From: an uncultured Actinomycetes bacterium
GTDB lineage: Bacteria; Actinomycetota; Thermoleophilia; UBA2241
Assembly: GCA_963725665.1 (NCBI GenBank)
Contig: CAVRZA010000006.1
Span: 128,001 to 192,000, forward strand
DNA length: 64,000 nt
Reading direction: 5' to 3'
Made by a program: the position numbers and the translations under genes. Below are positions 10,146 to 19,025 of the stretch, in pieces. A model generated the notes under the pieces. That model was not told where the DNA came from. It saw only the letters and a program-made list of their open reading frames with translations, and ran no database searches. Each line of letters opens with the position of its first letter. Positions within the stretch are counted from its first letter, which is position 1.

Positions 10146-10925
10146 GTGGCCGCGCACGGAGTCGCCCACGTCGCCATCTATCCAGATCTCGCGGGCAAGG
10201 TCGCCCTCGTCACCGGTGGATCGCGAGGAATCGGCGCAGCGACGTGCGAGGCACTCGCCGCCAACCGAGTGAGGGTGGCGGTGGCCGCCCTCCCCGGGGA
10301 CGGCATCGACGAGATGGTCGAGAGGCTGCCGGGTGAGGCTATTGGCGTCGCGGCGGACTGCACGAGCGTGGAGGACGTCGCGGCAGTGCGTAATCGGGTC
10401 GAGAGGGAGCTCGGACCCGTCGATCTCCTCTGCCCCTTCGCGGGTGGTTTCGAGTCCTTCACGCCTGTCGAGCGTCTGGGGCTCGAAGAATGGCGACGCG
10501 TGCTGGAGGTCAATCTCACCGCCACGTTCATCACCGTCAGCGCGTTTCTCCCGGGCATGATCGCGCGCAAAGCCGGTTCGATCGTGACCATGGCCTCGAT
10601 CTCAGCGCGGTTTCTCGACAAGCCGACGATGGCGGCCTATGCGGCAGCGAAAGCCGGAGTGGTCATGTTCACGCGCCACCTTGCACTAGAGGTGGGCAAG
10701 TATGGCATTCGTGCGAATTGTGTTGCCCCCGGTACGACTCTCTCGGAACGAATCAAGCGGGTCATGGACAGCGAGTCGATAGAGCGCACCGCAGCTCTGT
10801 CGCCACTTGGCCGCATAGGCATGCCGGAAGACACCGCAAACGGAACCCTCTTTCTGCTTTCGGAGTCGGCCTCCTGGCTGACCGGCGTCACCCTCGACGT
10901 TGCGGGCGGTCGGGTGATGCTTTGA
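10146..10925 (+). CDS. SDR family oxidoreductase
   Basis: TGGSRGIG, YAAAK, NCVAPG, LTGVTLDVAGG. Confidence 0.92.
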   Translation: MAAHGVAHVAIYPDLAGKVALVTGGSRGIGAATCEALAANRVRVAVAALPGDGIDEMVERLPGEAIGVAADCTSVEDVAAVRNRVERELGPVDLLCPFAGGFESFTPVERLGLEEWRRVLEVNLTATFITVSAFLPGMIARKAGSIVTMASISARFLDKPTMAAYAAAKAGVVMFTRHLALEVGKYGIRANCVAPGTTLSERIKRVMDSESIERTAALSPLGRIGMPEDTANGTLFLLSESASWLTGVTLDVAGGRVML

Positions 10926-10961
10926 GCGGGCTGTCTGGCAAGGCCTCCGCAGGCCTCCGAT

Positions 10962-11125
10962 GAGCTCAGGCTGATCCTCGATCTCATCTACGCGAGGGCG
11001 GCCTCACGCACATGAGGACCACCGTGAGTGACACGGCCAAATAGGTCAGTACTTGGCCGGCTCCGCCTGATCGACGATCACGTCAAGAACTCGATGCGGG
11101 AGGTCGCAAAGGCAGTCCAAACGGA
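10962..11125 (+). pseudogene. ilvC: Relic of ketol-acid reductoisomerase C-terminal domain
   Basis: Across about 3 frameshifts it reads ELRLILDLIY/EGGLTHMRTTVSDTAK/GQYLAG/RLIDDHVKNSMREVAKAVQT, matching the IlvC pattern ELKLIVDLxYEGG..M..SVSDTAEYG.Y..GPR.ID...K..M. Confidence 0.7.
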
Positions 11126-11224
11126 CCGGGGAGGTTGGCCTCGGCACCTTTGAGCTGCTGGCTCCGGTCACGCCCTCCAAGATCGTCTGCGCGGGTTTCA
11201 ACTACTGAGCCCACGCCGCCGAGT

Positions 11225-11345
11225 TCGGTCATCCCACCCACTGCGGCGACTGCCTCACGAACGAAGCCCGGTAGCGAAGCACCGTTGGTGTCGCAGACGC
11301 AGACGACCCCGGCGCCGACTTTGGCCGCTACACGCGGCAAGCCCG
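11225..11345 (-). pseudogene. Relic of citramalate synthase-like (DRE-TIM) gene
   Basis: Reads AAKVGAGVVCVCDTNGASLPGFVREAVAAV, resembling the CimA motif AGA..VxLCDTNGG.LP..V. No full gene present. Confidence 0.55.
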
Positions 11346-11484
11346 GGAGGGAGGATACTGGCGTGATCGCGAGAGACCCGTCACGGCAGCGAGCGGTACG
11401 GCGACGGCCCGGCGATGTCGATCTGAAGCGGCGCTCAGAGTAGACGCGCACGGGTGGGCGGGCGGACGGACTGGAGGCATTCGC

Positions 11485-12831
11485 GTGAACCATGAACTGG
11501 GAATCGAAGGCGGGACTGTCGTCACCAGCCGCGGTCGACGTCTTGCCAACATCTACGTCGATGCCGGTAGGATTGCGACGGTGACGTCCTCGCACTTGAG
11601 CAGTCGCCAGACGGTGGACGCCTCGGGGCTTCTCGTGATGCCGGGTATGGTGGACGCACACGTCCACTTCATGGACCCGTCCGAGACGGAAAGGGAAGAC
11701 TTCTCGACCGGATCTGCGGCAGCAGCAGTCGCGGGCGTAACGACGGTGGTAGAACACACCCACTCCAGTCCTGTAGTGACCGCGGAGGAGCTAGACAGAA
11801 AGCTGTCCCATCTGCTTGGACGGTCATACGTCGATTTCGCTCTCGGCGCACACGCCTTGCCCGATAGGCTCGACGAGCTCCCGGCCGTCTGGCAAGCGGG
11901 CGCAGCCCTCATCAAGCTCTTCACGTGCAAGACACATGGAATCGAAGGATTCACTCCTGGAGGTCTCCGACGGCTGTTCGCCGTGACTGCCGCCATCGGT
12001 GCCCCTTGCCTCGCGCACTGTGAGGAGGAGACGCTGACAGCGGGGGCAGAGGAAGCTCTGCGCGAAACCGGGCGCGAGGATTCAGCGGTCATCCCCGAGT
12101 GGCGCACACGTGAGGCCGAGGCCCTGGCAGTGAGCGCCGTAGGCCTTCTCGCAGCATGCACTGGGGCTCGTGTCACAGTGGCCCATGTCAGCAACTGCGA
12201 GACTCTGTCGGTTCTCTCCATGCATCGACGCAGAGCTCAGCTCGCAGCGGAGTCATGCCCCCAGTACTTGACCCTGTTCGAAAGCGAGGTGCTCGCTGAG
12301 GGGCCCTTGCGCAAGTTCACTCCCCCGGCCCGCGCACGGTGTGATGCGGAGATCGATGCTATGTGGGCGGCTCTCGCAGAAGGCAGGATCGATTACGTCG
12401 CCTCCGACCACGCACCGGCTACCCTCCAACAGAAGAGAGCCGGGTCAATCTGGGACGCACCCTTTGGCCTGCCCGGAATCGACACGACCCTCTCGATCCT
12501 TCTCGATGGCGCAGCGAGCGGTCGCATCTCCTATGAGAGCGTCGTACGAGTGTACTCTGAGAAGCCTGCGTGCCTCTACGGACTGCATCCACGCAAGGGC
12601 AGTCTCACTCCAGGATCGGACGCGGATCTGGTGATTGTGGACCCCAGCGCGCTCTTCACCCTGAGGAACGAGGACATAATCTCGCGCGCAGGCTGGTCGC
12701 CCTACGCCGGAAGGACACTGAGGGGTCGTGCGGTCAAGACGCTCGTGAGGGGCCGGGTCGTTGCCTCCGACGGTGCGATCTCTGGTGACTGCGGCGGCAG
12801 GTTCGTGCCGGGACCGGGCAGCTCGAGGTGA
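11485..12831 (+). CDS. Cyclic amidohydrolase (dihydroorotase/allantoinase/hydantoinase family)
   Basis: PGMVDAHVH, GVTTV, carboxylated-Lys position IKLF, AHCEE, AHVS, SDHAP. Confidence 0.9.
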   Translation: MNHELGIEGGTVVTSRGRRLANIYVDAGRIATVTSSHLSSRQTVDASGLLVMPGMVDAHVHFMDPSETEREDFSTGSAAAAVAGVTTVVEHTHSSPVVTAEELDRKLSHLLGRSYVDFALGAHALPDRLDELPAVWQAGAALIKLFTCKTHGIEGFTPGGLRRLFAVTAAIGAPCLAHCEEETLTAGAEEALRETGREDSAVIPEWRTREAEALAVSAVGLLAACTGARVTVAHVSNCETLSVLSMHRRRAQLAAESCPQYLTLFESEVLAEGPLRKFTPPARARCDAEIDAMWAALAEGRIDYVASDHAPATLQQKRAGSIWDAPFGLPGIDTTLSILLDGAASGRISYESVVRVYSEKPACLYGLHPRKGSLTPGSDADLVIVDPSALFTLRNEDIISRAGWSPYAGRTLRGRAVKTLVRGRVVASDGAISGDCGGRFVPGPGSSR

Positions 12832-14243
12832 CCTCTTTCAGCGGGCTCTCGGCAGCGCACCTTCGCCGAGGCTTCCTCAGCGGCGATTTCTCACCCGTCG
12901 AGGTGATGTATGCGGTCCTGGCGCGAATCAGTGAGACTGATTGCTTCAACACGTTCATCACGCTCGTTCCCGAGCAGGCTCTGCGAAGCGCCCAGGAGGC
13001 TGAACGTCGGTACCGGCGCGGCGAGGTCGATGCCACCCCCCTCCTCGGCATCCCGGTTGCGGTGAAGGACAACTACGACACCGCAGGGATCAGGACGACC
13101 TACGGCTCCTCGATGTTCGCCGACCACGTTCCCAGCGAGAGCGCTTCGTGTGTGGCCCTCGTTGAAGCAGCGGGCGGGATCGTCGTAGGCAAGACGAATC
13201 TCCACGAGTTCGCCTGGGGGATCAGCGGCATCAACCCGCACTTCGGCGCCTGTCACAACCCCTGGGACTACAGCCGGATCGCCGGGGGCTCGAGCAGCGG
13301 TTCGGCGGCCGCACTCGCCCTGATGCAGACACCGCTTGCCCTCGGCAGCGACACCGCCGGCTCGATCAGGGTCCCCGCAGGCTTCTGTGGTGTCGTGGGC
13401 TTCAAACCGAGTCAGGACCTGCTCTCCCGACACGGGTTGTTTCCACTCGCCCCGACGCTGGACCATGCAGGCGTCCTGTCGAGGGATCCTCACGACCTCC
13501 GTCTTCTCTTGCCCGTGCTGAGGGGACAGACAAGCCACGGGGGGGACGCGCAGCGCGCCGCTCTGAGGATCGGCCCGGAGCCGTTGCGGGGCATGCGCAT
13601 CGGCGTCGTCGCTCCGTTTCCCGAGGTCCCCCTGGGTGAGGACATCGCGCGAGCGTTCCGCTCCGCCCAGCGAAGCCTGGAGGACCTTGGAGCCGAGCTG
13701 ATCGAGATCGAGGCGCCCGCTTCCGACGACCTCCTCGGTCCCTTCTCCTCCATTCAGCAGGCTGAGGCACTGGAGGTGCACAGAGCCCGGGGGCTCTACC
13801 CCGACAGACGGCTCGATTACGGTGAAGATGTGCGTCGTCGGCTCGACGCGGCTTGCACAGTGTCGGCGCCGGACTACGAGGCCGCGTGCCTGGCGCGTGA
13901 CGAGTTGCGTGCCGTGGTTCGATCGAGGTTCGAAACGGTCAGGATGCTCCTCAGTCCGGTCGGGGCCGTTCAGCCGGCGACCATCGCCGACGAGTCAGAG
14001 ACGGCGTCATCCGCTGTCCTGAGGAGCAAGGTGCTCCCGTACACCGTGCTGCAGTCTCTGGCAGGCATCCCCGCGTGCGCCGTCCGGGCTGGATTCGACC
14101 GCGAAGGGCTCCCAGTCGGGGTCCAGTTCTCCGGCCGGTGGGGAGAAGACGAGCTGGTGGTCAGCGTGGTCGAGGCGCTCCACCGGCGCACGCGCGACAC
14201 CCAGGAAGTGTGGCCCGCCGCACAGGCGACTTCCGCCGGCTGA
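12828..14243 (+). CDS. Amidase signature enzyme (GatA/AtzE-like)
   Basis: AVKDN, GKTNLHEFA, GGSSSGS, GSDTAGSIRVPA. GTGA overlap with upstream gene. Confidence 0.92.
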   Translation: MTSFSGLSAAHLRRGFLSGDFSPVEVMYAVLARISETDCFNTFITLVPEQALRSAQEAERRYRRGEVDATPLLGIPVAVKDNYDTAGIRTTYGSSMFADHVPSESASCVALVEAAGGIVVGKTNLHEFAWGISGINPHFGACHNPWDYSRIAGGSSSGSAAALALMQTPLALGSDTAGSIRVPAGFCGVVGFKPSQDLLSRHGLFPLAPTLDHAGVLSRDPHDLRLLLPVLRGQTSHGGDAQRAALRIGPEPLRGMRIGVVAPFPEVPLGEDIARAFRSAQRSLEDLGAELIEIEAPASDDLLGPFSSIQQAEALEVHRARGLYPDRRLDYGEDVRRRLDAACTVSAPDYEAACLARDELRAVVRSRFETVRMLLSPVGAVQPATIADESETASSAVLRSKVLPYTVLQSLAGIPACAVRAGFDREGLPVGVQFSGRWGEDELVVSVVEALHRRTRDTQEVWPAAQATSAG

Positions 14244-14409
14244 CGACCTGCCAGCCACGCTGCACACGGTCCGTATCCCAAAAAGAAGTCAGAGCCGCCT
14301 TCGGCTCGGGAACCCATCAACGCCGCACCCGCAAGCCAGGCTGCCGCTGCCCTGGCAGCCTCAATGGCAAGGGGCCAACATGACGGACTGGTCGGTCTAG
14401 GCCCGGAGT

Positions 14410-14973
14410 TCAGGCCTTGAATCTCTTCCACCACCCGAAGCGCTCGGGAGGGGCCGGAGGGATCTCGGGCAGAGGGACCTTCTCCGGGTCGAAGGCCGCC
14501 GTCAGATACGTACCCCTGTCGAGAAACGCCTCGAGTTGCGCGGGGAGTGCCAGCCAGAGCTTGACGCGGTAGTTCCCTTGGAAGGCCGCACCCTTGCCCG
14601 GGCGCAGCGGGCTCTTCATAGGCCAGCCAGCGATGATGCGGCCCTCGCAGGCGCCATGGAAGCCGTCCGACTCCAGCAGCTCATCCAGGATGGGCCCATA
14701 CGTGGCGGCGTCCTCGCGGCTCAGACGGCCCACGGGGTACAGGTTGATGAGGACCTGCGTGGCGTAGCGCTCGTCGAGACTCTTGAGATCGCGCCGCAGA
14801 ACCGCCACCACCGGGACCTCGACCGCCGTCTCCCGGCGCTTGCCCACGAGCTTGGCCAGCTCGGGTTCTCGCTCCGGGTCGACCACGACATCGATAGTGC
14901 GACCATACGGCAACATCACCGCGTCGCCTTGCAGCGCGATCTGCCGGGCCACCTGCTTGACGTCCCGCTGCAC
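14410..14973 (-). CDS. Hypothetical protein, HIRAN-like
   Basis: RBS GAAGGGG then GTG. Segment YATQVLINLYPVGRLSREDAATYGPIL..C.GRI resembles actinobacterial HIRAN-domain proteins. Confidence 0.5.
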   Translation of the reverse strand: MQRDVKQVARQIALQGDAVMLPYGRTIDVVVDPEREPELAKLVGKRRETAVEVPVVAVLRRDLKSLDERYATQVLINLYPVGRLSREDAATYGPILDELLESDGFHGACEGRIIAGWPMKSPLRPGKGAAFQGNYRVKLWLALPAQLEAFLDRGTYLTAAFDPEKVPLPEIPPAPPERFGWWKRFKA

Positions 14974-14978
14974 GGCGT

Positions 14979-15110
14979 TCAGTCCCCTTCGCGCGGCAGC
15001 AGCGTTTCCGGCGTACCGCACAGCGCCGCGAAGCGCACAGCGTCGTACACGGTCGTCGACCCGTCCAAGCGGAACGATTCATGACCCAGCCAATGGATGT
15101 ACTCGATCAT
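14979..15110 (-). pseudogene. Internally deleted MBL-fold metallohydrolase remnant
   Basis: GGAGG RBS then MIEYIHWLGHESFRLDGSTTVY joined directly to a C-terminal-like DAVRFAALCGTPETLLPREGD*. The HxHxDH core is absent. Confidence 0.6.
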
Positions 15111-15297
15111 CGATCCTCCATGATCCGCACGTCCCAAGCAGATGGCGCGAGCTGCGCGCACGCGACCAGTAGACGCTGCGGCGCTCATGGTGCCCGCGCC
15201 CCCTGCCGGTGGCGCGCCCACGCGCGACGGAGGCCCGGGGGCGGACCCACCTGCGGGATCCGGCCCCCGGCCTGTTCGCGCCGTCGAGAAGATACGC

Positions 15298-16626
15298 CTA
15301 CGTGTGGAAGAGCGACATCGGCGACGGGGTGAAGCCGTCCTGCAGGAAGTCCTCTTCAAACTGGCACTTGGTCAGCAACTCGACGCCGGTGTCGGTCACG
15401 ACGAGGTTCTCCTCAAGCCGCACGGTCTGCTCCAGTTTCGGGTGACCGGCGAACGTCTCGATGGCAAACGTCATGTTCTGCTTGATCTCGGCCGGATACT
15501 GGAGCGAGTAGGCGCGCGAGATCCACATGCCCTCATACAAGGTGAGCCCGATGCTGTGGGCGAACTGCTGGAGGCTGACGCTGCCGTGCTCGTCGTCGTT
15601 GTACACGGGGAACCTGGCGGCCACGTCGGCGGTGGTCGCTCCGGGCTTCAACTCGGCGATGCCCGCATACAGACTCTCGTAGCACTCCTTGTAGAGGTCC
15701 TTCTCCTGCTGGGTCGGCTTCGCCGCGACCTTGAAGCAACGCACGAAGTCCACGAAGTAGCCCCCGGGGCCGATCGCGTTGATGTCGATAATCATGAGGT
15801 CGCCCTGGCGGATGACCTTGTCGGTGTGCCAACGCCGGTACGGGCTCGTGTTGCCGCCCGAAGCGACGATGATGTCGTAGACGAAGTCGAAGCCCTTCTC
15901 GTAGAGGTACTCGTTGACTTTCGCGCACACGTGGGCCTCAGAAACGCCCGGCTTGGCCCACTCGTTGATGACCATCCACATGGCGGCGTCGCCGTGAGCG
16001 CTGGAGATCTTCAGGCACTCGATCTCGTCACGCGATTTGATCACGCGCGCCTCGGACATCACCGGCCAGGCGCTGACGATGTTTATGCCGAGATTGCCGA
16101 GCTCCTGAAAAGCGCGCAGGTCCATGACGTCGATGCCGATCGTCTCTTTCTCGACGCCCGCCTCCTTGAGTACGTCGAACACGCTGTTGGCCATCTTCTT
16201 GGCCATGTACTCTTCCGCCTGCTCTGCCCACTTCCAGGTCATGGCCGGCTTGATGCGACCGTCCAGCCACGGCGCGTCGATCTTGGCGCATTCCGAGTCT
16301 GAACCTACGGTCTCGAACATGACCGGCTCGCCGCCGCGAGGGAGCACGCAGTAGCGGATGAAGATGTTGTTCTTCCAGTTGCCCTGGAACAGACCGGTCA
16401 CGTAGCGAATGTTCTCGCCCACGAACAGAACGAGAGCGCCGAGGTCGTACTTCTCCATCATCGCCTTGGCCCTGTTGAGGCGCTCCGACCTCATGCGATA
16501 GAAGTTGACCCGCTCCTGCCAATCCGTTGCGGTGGTGCTGTAGACCGAACGAGCGCGATACTCATGCGGCTTGCCGATGAAGCTGGTGTCCATCGGCCTG
16601 GAGAAGAAGTCGAAGTCAGTGCTCAT
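15298..16626 (-). CDS. M24 (Xaa-Pro peptidase/creatinase/DddP-like) family enzyme
   Basis: GAGGAGG RBS. Creatinase-type N domain ENIRYVTG; metal ligands IIDIN, YFVDFVR, AHSIG, IET, RLEE. Confidence 0.9.
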   Translation of the reverse strand: MSTDFDFFSRPMDTSFIGKPHEYRARSVYSTTATDWQERVNFYRMRSERLNRAKAMMEKYDLGALVLFVGENIRYVTGLFQGNWKNNIFIRYCVLPRGGEPVMFETVGSDSECAKIDAPWLDGRIKPAMTWKWAEQAEEYMAKKMANSVFDVLKEAGVEKETIGIDVMDLRAFQELGNLGINIVSAWPVMSEARVIKSRDEIECLKISSAHGDAAMWMVINEWAKPGVSEAHVCAKVNEYLYEKGFDFVYDIIVASGGNTSPYRRWHTDKVIRQGDLMIIDINAIGPGGYFVDFVRCFKVAAKPTQQEKDLYKECYESLYAGIAELKPGATTADVAARFPVYNDDEHGSVSLQQFAHSIGLTLYEGMWISRAYSLQYPAEIKQNMTFAIETFAGHPKLEQTVRLEENLVVTDTGVELLTKCQFEEDFLQDGFTPSPMSLFHT

Positions 16627-16764
16627 GTTAGCTACCAGTCCTCCTCGATGATGTGAACGAACGCATGGGGCCGCTCGAGGTGAGATCAAGTCGAGCGCCG
16701 TACTTGCCGTTGCTGGCGGCTTGGGAGCCCTTCACCCCCTATCTGGTTCTCAAGAACGGTGCCA

Positions 16765-17433
16765 TCAGTCCTCAATGGCGAAGATCCTGGCTGGCGCCGC
16801 CTCCGCGCACCCCAACCGCAAGGGTGCGGCGACAATCTTCACCCTCTTCCGGGTCAGCCGATGAAGGTCCGTGAGGCCCTCGTAGATCAGTACGCCGGCG
16901 CCCAGAAGGACCTTGTGAACAGCGAAGTCGTCCGGCACGAAATCCACGTTGCGGGCCCCGTACTCCTGGAAGCAGTCGAAGCCGACCGCGCTGGGCTTCA
17001 GCTCGACCAAGCACTCGGCGCCGTCTACGGTCAGCACCGGGGACTTGAGCCAGAAGGACAGGTCGGGAGCGTTCCAGCGCTTGAGTCCCCAGTCGGTCCG
17101 GATGAGGACGACGTCCCCCTCGCTGACGTCGTCGGCGAAGACGCTCAGGTCCTGTCGCCCGATCGTGGCGTCTTCCTCGCCCTTGCTCGACAGGTCGAGA
17201 ACCACGGCGTCGCCGACGAACCTGTCCAGAGGTATGTCGCTGATCCTTGCCCCGTTCTCGCAGACGTGCAGCGGGGCATCGATATGCGTAGCGGTGTGTG
17301 CGCTCATCGAGAGCCACGTGCTCTGCCAGTACCCGGGTGACTTCGTGATGGTGTCGAAGCTCAGCTTCTTTCTGATGGGTATCGGCAGCTGCGTGTCGTT
17401 GTCGACCAGAAGGCTCAGATCGATGATGGTCAT
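16765..17433 (-). CDS. Cyclase family protein (kynurenine formamidase KynB-like)
   Basis: HTATHIDAPLH, GDVVLIRT, VHKVLLGAG..IYE.L, APARI. Confidence 0.92.
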   Translation of the reverse strand: MTIIDLSLLVDNDTQLPIPIRKKLSFDTITKSPGYWQSTWLSMSAHTATHIDAPLHVCENGARISDIPLDRFVGDAVVLDLSSKGEEDATIGRQDLSVFADDVSEGDVVLIRTDWGLKRWNAPDLSFWLKSPVLTVDGAECLVELKPSAVGFDCFQEYGARNVDFVPDDFAVHKVLLGAGVLIYEGLTDLHRLTRKRVKIVAAPLRLGCAEAAPARIFAIED

Positions 17434-17505
17434 TTGTCGCCTTCCTCCGAATCTCGTGTGGGACGCTTCACAGGGCGGCTCGCGAACGGCCCATCTTCCG
17501 GCCGG

Positions 17506-17760
17506 TCACGAGGAGATGAACAGCTTCTCGCAGAAGCCCGTGCGAGACATCACGTGCGCCTCGCCGTCAGTGATCAGGATCATGTCCTCGAGACGCACGC
17601 CGCCGCCTCCGCGGACGCCGTCGACCCAGACAAAGGGCTCGAGCGCGAAGACCATGCCCGGCTCGAACTCGTACTCCTGCGAGCCGGGCAGGTCTCGTTC
17701 GCTCCGCAACTCACGAGGGTCGAGCCGACTGTCGTGTCCCACATCGAACTGACAGCGCGC
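17506..17760 (-). pseudogene. C-terminal remnant of a second M24 peptidase
   Basis: FEPGMVFALEP...GGVRLEDMILITDG; degenerate GHDSRL in place of GHGxGL; no N-terminal part. Confidence 0.7.
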
Positions 17761-17867
17761 GTATCGATCCACGCCAACACCTGCTTTCTCGGGGAAGCCG
17801 CCGCACCGCGTACGCCGATCGGGCGCCTCGCGGCGACGAGCTAAGAGCCTTGCCTCGTGCATGAGAT

Positions 17868-19025
17868 TCACGGCAGGATGCTCATGAGACCTTCGTGAGG
17901 GGCGAGGGTGAGGGCCCCCGCCTCACAGACCTCCTTGCACGCACTGCAGAGGTTGCATCCGAAGACGTCGACCGACAGCGCGTCGCCCTCACGCTTCAGC
18001 GCCCCCGTGGGGCAGACGTCTGCGCACGCGCAGCATCCCTCGACGCAGGCGTCGGCAACGATCGTCGGCCGCTGGGAGACGCGGCTTCGGTAGAAGTCGA
18101 TGCTTGTGCATCCCGTTCCGATGCCCGCCCGATAGCTGTAGGTCAGCTGCGGTGGCTCGGGGCGGTGATACTCCGCGATCGTCGCGGCGTCTCCAACGAT
18201 GTCGATCGAGCGCAGGTCGGTCTCCCCGAGATCGAGCTCCCTCGCCAATCTCAAGTAGGGGACGTCCTCGACGTCGAAACCGATGATCTTGGCCTGTACG
18301 GTGTCGAGAGCGACGCCGTCGTCCGACGCCAGGATCTTGTTGACCCTCCGCATCTCGGGCGAGCTCGGCCCGTATCCCTCCATCGCCACCACCGCATCCA
18401 TGATCACGAAATCTGGGGGCCGAAGACGGTACATCTCGACGATGATCTCGGCGAAGATCTCCGGCTTGACGGAGAAGTAGTGGTACCAGGCCTTCTGGGC
18501 GCCCACCAGGAGACCGTAGTTGTTCTTCACCGATCCGCTCATCATCGTCAGACCGTGGGTCTTCATCTTCGGCAGGGAGATGTAGACGTCCGCCTCCAGA
18601 ATGGTTCGCGACACCGCTGCCGTGCGCTTGAACGGGCGCTCCAAGGGCACCAGCACCAGGTCCGTGTTGATGTTCCTGTAGTGCTCTGCGGCCGCCTCCT
18701 TGAGGCGCGTGACTGCGAAGACCTTCTCGGAGTTGCCGTAGAACTCGGTCCCGACGGAGTCACCGACGATCACTTGGGCAGGCTCGAGCGTCTCCAGCCT
18801 GTTGAGGACCGCGCGCAGCAGTCTGTAGTCGGTGACGCACGCCGAGGTCTCGGGATCGGCCGCTTTCAGGGCATTGACCTTGACCACGACCCTCTTCCCC
18901 TTGACGTCGGGCTGGAAGACTCTGAACGCCTCGTCGACCGCGTCCGCGCAGTCCTCGTAGGTCGCATCCAGCACCAGTACTTTGCTCATCCGACGCTCGG
19001 CTTCCACTGACGGAGGCGTCTTCAT
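17868..19025 (-). CDS. DUF362 domain protein with C-terminal 2x[4Fe-4S] ferredoxin domain
   Basis: GKRVVVKVN, ISLPKMKTH, SVKNNYG, DAVVAMEGYGP, DGVALD; Cys motifs CCACADVCP and CNLCSACKEVC. Confidence 0.88.
   Translation of the reverse strand: MKTPPSVEAERRMSKVLVLDATYEDCADAVDEAFRVFQPDVKGKRVVVKVNALKAADPETSACVTDYRLLRAVLNRLETLEPAQVIVGDSVGTEFYGNSEKVFAVTRLKEAAAEHYRNINTDLVLVPLERPFKRTAAVSRTILEADVYISLPKMKTHGLTMMSGSVKNNYGLLVGAQKAWYHYFSVKPEIFAEIIVEMYRLRPPDFVIMDAVVAMEGYGPSSPEMRRVNKILASDDGVALDTVQAKIIGFDVEDVPYLRLARELDLGETDLRSIDIVGDAATIAEYHRPEPPQLTYSYRAGIGTGCTSIDFYRSRVSQRPTIVADACVEGCCACADVCPTGALKREGDALSVDVFGCNLCSACKEVCEAGALTLAPHEGLMSILP

Noticed and set aside
17868-19025. Selenocysteine read-through in the Fe-S or Moco-like genes
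   Set aside because: No in-frame TGA at a Cys-equivalent position seen; the genes end where expected.
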